Below are positions 21,301 to 29,809 of a stretch of DNA of 64,000 bases, piece by piece. The position numbers were made by a program, and so were the translations under genes. The notes below the pieces were generated by a model. It searched no databases and was not told where the DNA came from. It saw only the letters and a list, made by a program, of their open reading frames with translations. Numbering within the stretch: the stretch's first letter is position 1; each line of letters opens with the position of its first letter. Source of the DNA: a virus; the IMG/VR virus record IMGVR_UViG_3300027741_000001, one strand, 5' to 3'.

Positions 21301-24300
21301 TACCCATAACAGAGCCGACTTCAGCTGCAAGTTTTTCAAGAGTCTCTACGGTCTTAGGCTTTTTATTCTTAAGACGTCCGTAGGTGTGAGCATTATCTGA
21401 GTCAGTTAGACCCTTCTTAATAGTCTCTAGACGTTCCATAACCTTAGCAGGTTTGATTACGTACTTTCTACGTAGGTCAAGCATACGCTTAAGATCCCTG
21501 ATGTCGTCGACTGCTCCGTCGATGATTCTTCTACCATCGGCATTTACAAGATCTCTGTGATTAGCAACAAAAGCTGCTAAACGAGTCAGAGCGTAGCGAG
21601 ATCTACGAGCAGCATTCTTACGAGCTTGTCTATTAACATATTGCTTTACTTCTTCTTGATCTTTTTCTTCAGCAAGAATCTCTTTACGAGCTTCATCGGT
21701 TGGCTTGTAGTCTTCCCAGCCTTCAGGGGCATTAGGTCTGCCAATAAGATCCATCAGGTTTAGGTCATTAATAGACGCTCCGCCTTCAATGGCTTTCTTT
21801 ATTAGAATACTGTCGTGAGCATCTTCACGAGCTTTAAGTTCAGAGATGATTTGAGTACTTACCTCGTATACGTTCATCCTAGGAACGGCTTTGACAATTG
21901 CAGCAATTTCTCTGTCGCTTGCTAATCCCTTGTCAAAGATACGTTCGATGCTGGCAAGCATTCTGTCAGATGCACCGTCAAAATCTCTAGCAACTAGCCC
22001 GTACTTGTTCTTAGGCTTGTACTGCTCTTTGAATGGATGCTCCTTGAATGTGTAATACCATTCACGGATCTCGCGAGCATTCATGTCTTTGTAGTTGTCC
22101 ATAAACTCTTGGACTAAATCTTGAGGAATATCTCTATCCTCTAAGAATCTTTCAATACCAACAAGTTGGCCATCGCTAGGGCCCATAGCTTCTTGAGGAA
22201 CGTTGCTGCTAAGGTACTTAGGACTTTCAGTAGGCTGATCTGCTAGCCAGTAGTCAGGCTTACCGTTTACAGTGTTCTCGGCTGCTCTAAGTTTTTCTAA
22301 TTCAGCTATTTCTTCTGGAGTAGGTTCTGGAGCCTGAGGTGGTTTAAAAGGTAGACTATAAGCTTTTTCGTGAAGTTGATCGTACTCTGCCCTGGTTAGG
22401 GTGTTGTCATCGATCTTTTTTCTGATCTCTTCTGCTTCTTGTTTACTCCAGTTTTTGTTATCTAAAGCCCAATTTAGGAATGATTTTTGAAGCCATGAAG
22501 CCATGCCTTTTTCAGGTGAGGTAAGTTCACGGAAGTTCTTTTCAATATACGCTGCAAGATCATTTACTTCTTTTACAGTGTGCTCTTCAGGATTCTTTCT
22601 GATCGCTCTAACTTTATCCCAAAGCTCTGGCTCATCTTGAACGTATCTAGAGTTTAGGATTGCAACTAGACGACGGACCTGACCCTCGTTAGGAATGAAG
22701 TCATCATTAACTCTGTTTTGAGAAGGACCTAAATCTGTATTCTTTGCTTCTTTAGAATTTACATATTTTGTTAAAGCTGAGTGCAGTCTAGATACATAGT
22801 AGGTGTCATCGTTAAACTTGTTTGGCTCATCTTCGGATGCAACATGCATCTCGTAGTATATTTCTGCAACAGCTTTTCGAGTTTTTTCTGCACTTCTACC
22901 GTTAGTAATATCGAAATCTTTAAACTCCGAGTACAAACTGAATCTATGTAGATTATCTGGAAGTTTAAACCAGTCTCTAAGAGCTTGAGTAAGAACCTCA
23001 TTTTCATCTTCACCAGGATAGATAGGGTGTGTCTTTAGAGGACCCATGCGTTTATCTACAATTTGAACGCTTCTTAGGTTATCTCCAGAATCAACAATTC
23101 TGGCAGAAATATCAGATCTTGAACCCTGTCCAGCCCAAAAACCATTGTCATTAAACTTTGGAGTGGTAAAGTCTCCAGGATAAGTGTCCTGTAGGAACTG
23201 TGCAATGATTGCATCAGCTTTCTTGATCATGTCAGAACCTGGGCCGAAGTAATCGTACTGGAAACGTTCTGATGGGTCTAGCTTAGAATACATCTCTCTT
23301 TGGTAGTCCGGAACGTTGGCAATGTTAGGGTTAAACAGCGGGTCTAAAGCTTCTAGATATTTAATAGCATGGACCTGGTCTTCAACCTGCTCCCAGTTAA
23401 AGAATGGAACCTGAGTGTCCATAGTGAAGTCACTATTGCCGTCACGTTCGGTTAGGGTATACACACCGTCAGACATAATTGGTTGGAATGAAACGTCTCC
23501 AGTTCTTTGGTCATACACCAAAGCAACGTCTGATTGACCATATCCGTAAGTTACGCGGAATCTGCGATCTTTAGATAAGTATGTGTTGTCTCCAATTTTG
23601 TTCCAGCCTTCTGGCATGGAACCATCTGGATCATTTTCGTTTTTGCCAGTAGATTCTGGCTTAGGCTCTTCTTCTGGAGTTTCTCGGTTTTGACTAGGAA
23701 CAACTGCTTCTACAGCAGGTTTTTCTTCAGGAGTTAGATCCTGGTTATCTTTATCTCCGAAACGATCATCTTCATCTCCAGCAATCTTCTGTACGCCAGC
23801 CCAGTCTTGTGCAAAACCAATAGGGCTTTTATTTCCCTTAGCACGCTTTGAACCCCAAACAGTAATAACTGGCTTAGTCATGTCTAGGTTTTCAGTACCA
23901 TCGGTGCCTACTATTTCTAGGCTATCGCCATACGCTTCTTTAGCTTTTTCTACAAAACTTTCAGTAACTTTATTAGGCTTATTTACCACAGAAGCGGTGT
24001 AGCCATCAGCTGAATCGTAGACTGCGTCAGAGTGAAGTTCATTACCGGTAAAAGTTGAACTAGTCGGAGTATACGGACTCTTTACCCAGCCTTCTGGCAT
24101 ATCAGCAACAACAAGATCTTTAATATCAACAATGTCGTTATCATTTGGAACCGCTTTTCCAACTGGAAGATCTTTAACTGCTTCGGCAGGTAGAATAGCT
24201 GCAACGGCTTCAAAAGCTGACGCTGGAATTTTGTAAAGTCCATTTTTTAAACCCGGAATATCTGTAATTTCAAAGTCTATGTAGCCACCATTTTCAGAGT

Positions 24301-25054
24301 AACCTGCAACTTTACCTGTAACGCTTCTAACGTCTCCTTTAGGAAAACGTACGTTTACTTTTCCACCGCCACCCATTTCGATCCATCGACCCTTAGAGTC
24401 ACGGAGCTGACGCTTGGCACGAAGTGAACGCCAGAAGCTCGAGTTCTTACCTTTGAAAACATTCATTGCTGAGTGGTAAGCACTCTTTACTTTACTTAAG
24501 AGACCGGCTGTAAGAGGGCTAACAAGTACGTCAATTGGCAGACTTCCAGCTGGAAGAGCTAGTAGACGTGTGTATGCGTGTTGAAATTGTACGTCCATTG
24601 GGTGGGCACCGTAAACAGATGCAACTAGTGAACGAACTTCTTCATCTTCAATACGTGGATCTGCTGAGTACCAAGCACCACGTCGAGTACGAAACGTAAT
24701 TGGATCAAGTGACAACTCAGCTGTAGAACTTGGGTGGTATTCAGGTAGTAGATCGGTGTTACGGTCTTGACCGTTAGGACGTGGGCCTTCTGTAGCCAAA
24801 CTAAGGAAATGCGAAAGCTCACGAAGAACGTTGAAGTAACGTACGTCGGTAGTAAGATTTTCTGCTGCAGAAGCAGTGAGTGATCTCAATGCAACAGTTT
24901 CTAATTGCTGTTCGGTGACTCTACGAATCTCTTCAACTCGAGCATTCTGCTCTAGCGTGAAGTTAAAGATCAGCTCGGATACAGAGATATCCTCTGGCAT
25001 CTCGACTGATAGCTGGTCATCAAACTGCTTAATTAGATTAATTTTCTTACTCAC
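15356..25054 (-). CDS. Giant polyvalent protein 1 (3232 aa): DEDDh 3'-5' exonuclease, SF1 UvrD-like helicase, ArdC (ssDNA-binding N domain + zincin MPTase)
   Basis: DFETTG/GHNV..YD/LHNAAND; ALAGTGKTT, DEAQD, VGDPHQSIYQFRG, HRAKGLE, YVAVTR; IPWKKPW..Y.G.N, HELVHSTG, EELIAE; QLRDSKGRWIEMG near the N-terminus. Confidence 0.92.
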   Translation of the reverse strand: MSKKINLIKQFDDQLSVEMPEDISVSELIFNFTLEQNARVEEIRRVTEQQLETVALRSLTASAAENLTTDVRYFNVLRELSHFLSLATEGPRPNGQDRNTDLLPEYHPSSTAELSLDPITFRTRRGAWYSADPRIEDEEVRSLVASVYGAHPMDVQFQHAYTRLLALPAGSLPIDVLVSPLTAGLLSKVKSAYHSAMNVFKGKNSSFWRSLRAKRQLRDSKGRWIEMGGGGKVNVRFPKGDVRSVTGKVAGYSENGGYIDFEITDIPGLKNGLYKIPASAFEAVAAILPAEAVKDLPVGKAVPNDNDIVDIKDLVVADMPEGWVKSPYTPTSSTFTGNELHSDAVYDSADGYTASVVNKPNKVTESFVEKAKEAYGDSLEIVGTDGTENLDMTKPVITVWGSKRAKGNKSPIGFAQDWAGVQKIAGDEDDRFGDKDNQDLTPEEKPAVEAVVPSQNRETPEEEPKPESTGKNENDPDGSMPEGWNKIGDNTYLSKDRRFRVTYGYGQSDVALVYDQRTGDVSFQPIMSDGVYTLTERDGNSDFTMDTQVPFFNWEQVEDQVHAIKYLEALDPLFNPNIANVPDYQREMYSKLDPSERFQYDYFGPGSDMIKKADAIIAQFLQDTYPGDFTTPKFNDNGFWAGQGSRSDISARIVDSGDNLRSVQIVDKRMGPLKTHPIYPGEDENEVLTQALRDWFKLPDNLHRFSLYSEFKDFDITNGRSAEKTRKAVAEIYYEMHVASEDEPNKFNDDTYYVSRLHSALTKYVNSKEAKNTDLGPSQNRVNDDFIPNEGQVRRLVAILNSRYVQDEPELWDKVRAIRKNPEEHTVKEVNDLAAYIEKNFRELTSPEKGMASWLQKSFLNWALDNKNWSKQEAEEIRKKIDDNTLTRAEYDQLHEKAYSLPFKPPQAPEPTPEEIAELEKLRAAENTVNGKPDYWLADQPTESPKYLSSNVPQEAMGPSDGQLVGIERFLEDRDIPQDLVQEFMDNYKDMNAREIREWYYTFKEHPFKEQYKPKNKYGLVARDFDGASDRMLASIERIFDKGLASDREIAAIVKAVPRMNVYEVSTQIISELKAREDAHDSILIKKAIEGGASINDLNLMDLIGRPNAPEGWEDYKPTDEARKEILAEEKDQEEVKQYVNRQARKNAARRSRYALTRLAAFVANHRDLVNADGRRIIDGAVDDIRDLKRMLDLRRKYVIKPAKVMERLETIKKGLTDSDNAHTYGRLKNKKPKTVETLEKLAAEVGSVMGRDGYHNSPFENDYDPSLEDEVDHSTSAEVFEPNPVESPEIPVDTDPVPGIIDYSNHPNKPRPPARVKPKAFWGVVRDWMAGAKNWDDVTEALRDKVLHFIDFETTGIFDPLQPHVKNDPIQIAIYKVVNGEIVDKFISYMNPGSPLSSWSMANIKDDKGNRVTPEWIASLPTKSEVIAKALEFLGPDAVLAGHNVADYDLEVLNRTLKEAGLAEYSPAGMIDTLGLADHIYNVFNKKTNLGGPYKVGDFGIHGSTALEALGRYEGIPSNSLHNAANDLELNVKLLGQMLKRAKSGTDLIKDNIFDLDASDNDYDAKLAKYIPGYEAFVERALKFIADRAVERAARGDEPDPKDLEQEARNALNSTSPEGTPTNDRPTFSSLFPPKPDDGEQPLTESNVIDDPLNKIRKPSPKQLKSVERRLLDPRDIVSAERREEIWKLLPNVNSNEIGDLVKEMDGLELDYAIANNLDVDGLRVPTGYDLDKLNAYLDEKYPDRHKKSGPSQLREGVNQQSTLSRLSYAMTNLQDALSSTSSPAEKRAINSAIKKLEQAAQDVIDAPSQNRERPEDTKNKAELATGRHDIEFLDKEYTDQQKDAIEAGIRGWSVVIKALAGTGKTTTLIGLAKAILHYFPKKRILAMAFNKAIADENRLKFPGNTEIRTMDSVSFKAPVNSKLSKKFIAMKKQSDAKNRPINGFLDIADYFKIPNEVELGNGKRISKFLAVKITLKGLNNWTISADDMIERKHFDDAIGEKIGGPEAYTPFFLELAQKIWKEKLEPHDDSVRQIPVTFNDMMKNFALSHPNLKEVNSKGESAHGLGAIPDIILIDEAQDVNGVFFRLMDEQETLHNNGIQLVVVGDPHQSIYQFRGAVNSLNMFRRMVTLPLTMMFRAGQDVADFANQVLEIKDEDDERLVGNPNKTSSLATPGSMTDADMILTTTNADALLEIMTMVGRGQRAGVIREFKAEMNSFLATAKWLFFGANPKYRPSNAHEDLDSYDSWKQMLELHQEDSDPAVGRLLGIMELTQARLEEQERDNDGKAVFAELKRTVDGARIIGIQGFKKPSDGNWGDEGDLGNFISYKIENGAIRLYNTGDAKPWTPELKNPNNGTKNNSDTLSSMGYTWDTGKTWDWTTPVQGNGSEQLSALVDALSGADVDSVVLTAHRAKGLEAKQVKLSGTWFKPNPQKDADAIEKGNMPRSLTTEALNLMYVAVTRTMDELDPGMLDWLDGKIEEFKSKRKDYLRQLEARSDKSPDQPTSQNTESSGPEIVEVDPNTLQKGDTVVTAKGNKRIKMISRHDSDEVSVFFEAIDGGGGASYVNGQQAKKVIGGPSQNREGATNPDSKYDYTANWNTEYLGGPEGNDYKHTWSSPDGKYEATISNDAIQVRKNGTTIFQGDNSIDAKSDPENVKESSLDIVAKAIESDSDSTPNKSASEQPVMSEEEINAAYDEAIQAEYDYQMSLEPISRDPQYPGGERGLKELTEAVHAAERMTAEIETPVLDPIPNGLDPEEYVAQLRSALPNKRVELYTDENGDKFVKVSEVANKSGIFGASEAIFGWKDLEDNGPSQNRENSKPIKSNKDAVDQVMAQITEAMDKGIIPWKKPWTGGGSYLPTSGATGKNYKGGNLVILEVLSQFRGYKGTRWYTKNAIAKLGGYVDENDGVLITKVVKSKYTVKPDETKTIIDPKTGDQKPDDGSRTKTRLDIDVVYNEDVVKGITIPPLPRKDPPPMHEVEDIILASYTGGPNIQYAPGDSAFWSPQTDTVSLPLREQFNSTEEHLDTLFHELVHSTGDPQRLDRKDLLDNYGKHKDVRAREELIAEIGAAILASMFGINTSIENVAAYVQSWKRFLETEPNALFEAASMASKAVDYILAGYYEDNPDEEYDPTNQPGATSMPIEPVTGEDGSSGGLGGGVNYRIEGNRIFLMGDTMAAKDLIKSVSLVPKDKKIPFSFFWDRKANNWSISLADPEDRVNILNQLKALLGG

Positions 25055-25071
25055 CGGAAAAATCTTTCTTA

Positions 25072-26229
25072 CTACTTAGTTGGTAAAAGGTCTGCATCTT
25101 TGCTTTTATACAGATCGGTAACTAGCTTTACTGCACGATCGAAAGGAGGCTCAAACTCGTTGATTGCTCTCTTCCAGACAGCGCGTATTGCTGGAACTAC
25201 TTCATACCCTAAACCTGAATATTCAGCTAGAGAGTAAATTGCATCTTCTGGACTGCTGTAGTCCATTTCAGATTTAATAGAGATGGCAAGATCTCTACTG
25301 GCAGCAATAGATGCAGTCAGGCCTTGACTAGTGTCTACTGTGCTGCAAGGGTGGCTAGTAGGTAGCAAATCATTGTCCTGCGTATAACGCGCATTTGATG
25401 GACGCTTATTTTCTACCAGAGATAGGAATGCTTGTACTCTAGCTTCTGCCCAAGTAGATAGTTCGGTGTCTGGCTTACCGCTAGCGGTGAAGGCACGAAC
25501 ACCTCGTCTATATACTGCACGCAAAGTCGCGATTGAGACAAGATCATCTAAATCTTTTCCAGCATTGTGCTCTTTGGTCCAACGTGAAAGTTGTTTTTCA
25601 GTTTCATTTGAAAAGGTAACTTTTTTAGTTAGGTAAGCATTGTCATTCTTTGCAGCGGAAACGTAAACAGGAGTTGCAGGCTGATCTACCACATCTTGCG
25701 ATGCTGTTATAGGTAGGTCAGCCTCAGATTTTCCCAAGTCGCCCTGAGCTGTTGAATCAGCTCCAATGATTGTGCCTAGCTGCCATGCCCACTTGTTGTG
25801 CTGGTCATCGCGTTCAGCTAGGAAGTTTGCAATACCCTGCTCGTTAAGAGCATTGGCAATATCAAAAGCAGCTCTGATTACGCTGATAATGTAAGCATTT
25901 GCTTGGTAAAGAGATGCAGACATGTCAACTGGATCAGCTGAAACTGGAGTTGCTTGAATTCCTGTAAGAGATGCGTAGTCAGTTAGCAAGAATGGTGCAT
26001 CAAATCCTAGTTTGCGAATGTTTTCTGCAAAAGGGTCGATTGCACCGTCTGCATCTTCATAGATTTCTGCAAACTTGTCGTGGAACTGTGGAAAGTTGAT
26101 TCCACGTACGTTCCAGTGGTAGCCGTGTGATAGAAATTTGAAAGTTACTGTATCTGAGAGCAGAACAGCTAGCATCTGAGCAAGATCTTGCTTAGTAGCC
26201 GGGACTTCCTGAGTAATTGATAAATCCAT
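25072..26229 (-). CDS. dps: Dps/ferritin-like domain fused to a phage head-associated C-terminal domain
   Basis: HGYHWNVRG..F..FH.KF.E.Y...D..AE ferroxidase signature in aa 1-155; C-terminal LRAVYRRG...WAEARVQAFL...DNDLLP. Confidence 0.85.
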   Translation of the reverse strand: MDLSITQEVPATKQDLAQMLAVLLSDTVTFKFLSHGYHWNVRGINFPQFHDKFAEIYEDADGAIDPFAENIRKLGFDAPFLLTDYASLTGIQATPVSADPVDMSASLYQANAYIISVIRAAFDIANALNEQGIANFLAERDDQHNKWAWQLGTIIGADSTAQGDLGKSEADLPITASQDVVDQPATPVYVSAAKNDNAYLTKKVTFSNETEKQLSRWTKEHNAGKDLDDLVSIATLRAVYRRGVRAFTASGKPDTELSTWAEARVQAFLSLVENKRPSNARYTQDNDLLPTSHPCSTVDTSQGLTASIAASRDLAISIKSEMDYSSPEDAIYSLAEYSGLGYEVVPAIRAVWKRAINEFEPPFDRAVKLVTDLYKSKDADLLPTK

Positions 26230-26246
26230 TGGATTTTCTCCTTAGT

Positions 26247-28052
26247 TTATTGTTGAGGGGTTGTTGTTGGTTCGGCTAGCTGAATCGGTGGGGCCGCTTC
26301 TGCTGGTTGAGCCGCTTCAGGAGCGGCAGGGGCTGCTTCAGGTGCCCCTGTAGGGGCTTCTGCGCCCGGTTGGACGCCTTGAAGCATTTGAGAGACATCC
26401 TGAGGCATTGGAGCAACGCTGGAGGCCTGTTGAGCCTCTCTAGCCTTTGCCATCATCTCTGGTGCCACTGCCGAAAGCAAAGCTTCCGTCAATTCTGGTG
26501 TAATTACACCCTTTTCGACCAAAAGACGTAGTCCGAGCTCCGTTGGGCCAGGTGCATCTTGGTCGGTGAAGCCGTGTGCACGTCTCCATGTGTCGTAAGA
26601 CACTGCCATCTTGTCAAAACCAGAGTCAGCATCCAATGCACGGTCATTACGGGTCGCTACAGCACTTGGATCGTACCAAATTACTACTCTTTCAACGTCT
26701 GCAGGGTTATAGCCGTTGGCTAGAAGGTAAGGACGTAGGTAAACAACAGTAAAAGCGTCTGCCATAAGCAACATTAGAGGTTCAATGTGTGCTTTGTAAA
26801 GACTTTCGTCAATTTGTACCGCATTTGAGTACTTTACGTTGGCTAGACCGGTAACAATGTCCTTAGGGACGTCGATTCCCTGCAAAATACGCTCCAAAAC
26901 GCGGTCAGAACGCTCTGCAAGGGCTGGATCGAAGCTACGCTCGAACTTGAACTGCTTGATCTTGTCACCAAGGTCTGCTGGGCCACGAATAATTAGTGGA
27001 ACTACCGCGCTGGCTGAATCTTCATCGCGAATCGGGGTTGTCATCGCGTCAATTAGCTGATCCTCGAACTCATCTTGCAATTCTTCGGGGGTTGGATCAG
27101 AATAAAGACCGTCAGCGTCCTCGTAAGGGTAGTTTGGGTCAGGTGTAGAGGCTACAGATAGGCCATCCGGTAGATAGAGCGCACCAGCGTTCAGACGGGA
27201 ACGCGCCGTTGCACGGAATGTGCGGTTTAGAAGTAGCAATTCGGCACATAGATCAAGCATTCCCTTTAAACTGGAATCAGCTTCGTCAGAAAAACGTGGG
27301 TGAGCCCTCCAAATACGTCCAACGAACGCGTTTGGAGCAAGTTTGATAATATTTTTGTTGGTAGAAGACATTGGAGAGTTACCTTGATTGTAATCTCTAC
27401 GTCCAGCAATCAAATAATTGCCTTTTCCGTCAACGCTGAGCTCGTCTACAGATCGGATATCCCAGGACTCTGGAACGTTTGAGCCAACACGGGCAGGAGA
27501 CTGGACCAAATAGCATTCTCCGGTAACTGCAAGATTCAAAGCACAATCACGAAGAAGACCGGCCTGGCCTCCGTATGCTGAGTCTAAACGTGCAAGGGCA
27601 CGTTCTGCAGCGGAAGCTAGGTCTGCTGAAAGATTGTCTGCTAAACGTACAGGAACTGGAGCTTCAGCAGGGTCTTGAATAACAGCTGCATAAAGACGGA
27701 TACGAGAAACAACGCTAGAAACTAGGTTGAAAGCGTATTTGATCTCGCCAATTGCATCATAGTACTCCCAAGCGTCTGACTGCCAGCTAGAAGATGTTGA
27801 AGTTCTGCGACTACGGAAGCGTTCTGCTTCTCCACGGTCATTAAGTGGGACCTGAACTGCAGCTGCAGTAAGTGGACGTATAGAAGAGTATGGAGCTGAC
27901 TGAACAGGGGCATAGTTAGGGTTTAGAAAAACTGAGTTAGACGGGAGACCAGTTGGGTTGGTAGTTGCACGCTGGTTGGCAGAGGTTGCTCGAATGCCTG
28001 GACGTGACTGTTTAGGATTTTTATCATCCTGGTTACGGCTAAAGATGCCCAA
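26247..28052 (-). CDS. Portal protein (actinophage type)
   Basis: WQxxAWEYYDAIGE..Y...SRIRLY, WRAHP, RSRL..G motifs; 601 aa; downstream of terminase. Confidence 0.88.
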   Translation of the reverse strand: MGIFSRNQDDKNPKQSRPGIRATSANQRATTNPTGLPSNSVFLNPNYAPVQSAPYSSIRPLTAAAVQVPLNDRGEAERFRSRRTSTSSSWQSDAWEYYDAIGEIKYAFNLVSSVVSRIRLYAAVIQDPAEAPVPVRLADNLSADLASAAERALARLDSAYGGQAGLLRDCALNLAVTGECYLVQSPARVGSNVPESWDIRSVDELSVDGKGNYLIAGRRDYNQGNSPMSSTNKNIIKLAPNAFVGRIWRAHPRFSDEADSSLKGMLDLCAELLLLNRTFRATARSRLNAGALYLPDGLSVASTPDPNYPYEDADGLYSDPTPEELQDEFEDQLIDAMTTPIRDEDSASAVVPLIIRGPADLGDKIKQFKFERSFDPALAERSDRVLERILQGIDVPKDIVTGLANVKYSNAVQIDESLYKAHIEPLMLLMADAFTVVYLRPYLLANGYNPADVERVVIWYDPSAVATRNDRALDADSGFDKMAVSYDTWRRAHGFTDQDAPGPTELGLRLLVEKGVITPELTEALLSAVAPEMMAKAREAQQASSVAPMPQDVSQMLQGVQPGAEAPTGAPEAAPAAPEAAQPAEAAPPIQLAEPTTTPQQ

Positions 28053-28090
28053 AATTTTCTCCTGTCATTAAGAGCGGAACGTTGCTATGG

Positions 28091-28378
28091 TTAAGCACGT
28101 GCGGCCAAGATTCCGACAACTGCAGACAGGGCAAAAGGTAATGCTCCGATTAAAGTTATCGTTGGTACTATTGTATATGAAATTGTGATTAGTGATGCAA
28201 CCCAGACGCTTGTACACCAGTCGCAGGTAAAGAGGTAGCCTAGCCTTGTGGAAGGCGGAAATTTTTTCCAAATCCACTGTCTAGGAGCGTCAAAAATGAC
28301 GTCGGTAGTAACTAGCCGAGTAAATCTAAAAGTGGCAAGGGCAAGAATGATGAACGTTAGGTATGGGTCATTAAGCAA
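28091..28378 (-). CDS. DUF1360-like membrane protein
   Basis: LA.FR.TRL...D, CxWCxSVW and TM helices; usual position upstream of actinophage portals. Confidence 0.75.
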   Translation of the reverse strand: MLNDPYLTFIILALATFRFTRLVTTDVIFDAPRQWIWKKFPPSTRLGYLFTCDWCTSVWVASLITISYTIVPTITLIGALPFALSAVVGILAARA

Positions 28379-28739
28379 TTGGATCTCGATTCGAGGTTAG
28401 GGTTTTATATGGATTCCAAGAACGTAGACGTGATCCGCAACCGCAGTTAACGTCTTTCTTGTAGGCAAGCATTTTTCCAGATTCGGTGATTACGTATGAG
28501 TCTGTTTCTGGAGTTGCTGCCTTCTCAAAGAACGTATAACGTTCGTTGAAAACTATTTGCGGTCCTTCAGGAGCATCGGCTGCAATGGTGATGTTGGTGT
28601 CGGTAACAATAACTCGGGCAGTTTGAATGTAGTAGGTTCCGAGGTTGTTTGGGTGGGATATGAGTTGGTGAACGTCGGTAAAAACGTTCGGAGCGGCAAG
28701 GGCAACGTGAGCAGGGAAAACGTCGTGAAGTATTTGCAT
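28371..28739 (-). CDS. Hypothetical protein with C-terminal CGCGS motif
   Basis: ORF track; overlapping operon arrangement. Confidence 0.7.
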   Translation of the reverse strand: MQILHDVFPAHVALAAPNVFTDVHQLISHPNNLGTYYIQTARVIVTDTNITIAADAPEGPQIVFNERYTFFEKAATPETDSYVITESGKMLAYKKDVNCGCGSRLRSWNPYKTLTSNRDPIA

Positions 28740-28740
28740 A

Positions 28741-29247
28741 TTACAATCCTAGCTTAGAGATACGTTTTGAAATTGCACGGTGAGTAACTCCGGCTGCACG
28801 AGCAATATCGGCAATAGAGACGTCGATGGAACGTAGATCACGGATGATCTGATTCATAAGGGCGTTTGCGATTGCAGGTTTAGAGCCGCTTGGAGTACGG
28901 GATCGATACTGTTGGGCAACGGGAGCTAGGTTCTTGAGTTGCTCAGCTGTGATCGCAGGAACTCCGGGAGAAACGGGAGTTAGACGTTGGTAGCCGTTTT
29001 TAGGGGTCTTGTGATCGGGATTTGGAATGGGGACGTCGATCTGGTTGAACGTGTCGTTCTGGTCTACCCAAGCCTTGACAGTCGATCGACCTTTTGGAGG
29101 CGTGAAGGCATTCCCAATGGATGAGAGAGTCCATCCAGCGTGATAGAGCTGGTGCACTCTGGAAAGTAGTCGACGTCGGTCCAGTTTATTGAGGAGGTCG
29201 ACTTCGGATTGAGGGAGAGGGAGATCTCTTGCTAAACGTCTAGTCAT
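28741..29247 (-). CDS. Protein with two HTH-like DNA-binding segments
   Basis: GWTLSSIG...RSTVKAW and VSIADIARAAGVTHRAISKR. Confidence 0.7.
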   Translation of the reverse strand: MTRRLARDLPLPQSEVDLLNKLDRRRLLSRVHQLYHAGWTLSSIGNAFTPPKGRSTVKAWVDQNDTFNQIDVPIPNPDHKTPKNGYQRLTPVSPGVPAITAEQLKNLAPVAQQYRSRTPSGSKPAIANALMNQIIRDLRSIDVSIADIARAAGVTHRAISKRISKLGL

Positions 29248-29446
29248 GGATCTAGTGTATCATCTTTTCGTCCTAAGTTTACGTACTTTATTTAAAAATG
29301 ATACCTTTACTTTTTTTGACTTTGGCCTGCGATCTGGCAGTAGGTATATTTCGTCTTGTCCAAAATTGTTTCCAGCTTCGAACATCTGTTCGAAAAAAAG
29401 ATCTTTTTTCGTTATCAAGTTGTTATCTAAATTAGGGGGTTCTAAT

Positions 29447-29498
29447 TTGCTATCTACCTAAAAACTGATACTCTTTTATTAGTTAGGTAATTGCCTAA
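29447..29498 (+). promoter_or_regulatory. Early promoter + TAGTTAGGTAA..GCCTAA hairpin cassette
   Basis: TTGCTA...TACTCT, then the conserved hairpin and a GAAAGG RBS. Confidence 0.65.
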
Positions 29499-29524
29499 TG
29501 TCCAAAAAAATGAAAGGCTCCAAA

Positions 29525-29788
29525 ATGTTCTCTACTAAGTCTAAGAACTCAGTTTCACCTATCACCTGCTCAGTTGCTAACTGCCTAGACAACAGGTTCA
29601 TCTCTGGCTTGTGTTTCGCTCACCACTCAGGCAACCTAACCCCTGCCAACTCTCAGTTCAAGTGTGGATTGTCTGCCTGTGAGCGTTCTAAAGTGTCTGC
29701 TGAAGCGTTCTGTGACAGACACTTGGAGCAGGGTGTTCCTGCCTGCTTCGATTGCTGTTCTGGCGCTGTGCCTTGTGCCTGTGATTAG
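29525..29788 (+). CDS. Small Cys/His-rich (Zn-binding) protein
   Basis: Repeated Cx4C...CxxH units; start at 29525 follows GAAAGG. Confidence 0.75.
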   Translation: MFSTKSKNSVSPITCSVANCLDNRFISGLCFAHHSGNLTPANSQFKCGLSACERSKVSAEAFCDRHLEQGVPACFDCCSGAVPCACD

Positions 29789-29809
29789 GCAACAAGCCTA
29801 ACCCTGACT

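Noticed and set aside
891-24822. Many short plus-strand and off-frame ORFs in the track
   Set aside because: They are antisense or off-frame shadows of the two giant minus-strand genes, Ser/Leu-rich and without motifs.
2-25054. Inteins or stop-codon recoding explaining the giant ORFs
   Set aside because: No intein splice motifs were recognised, and TAA, TAG and TGA all terminate genes normally in this window.
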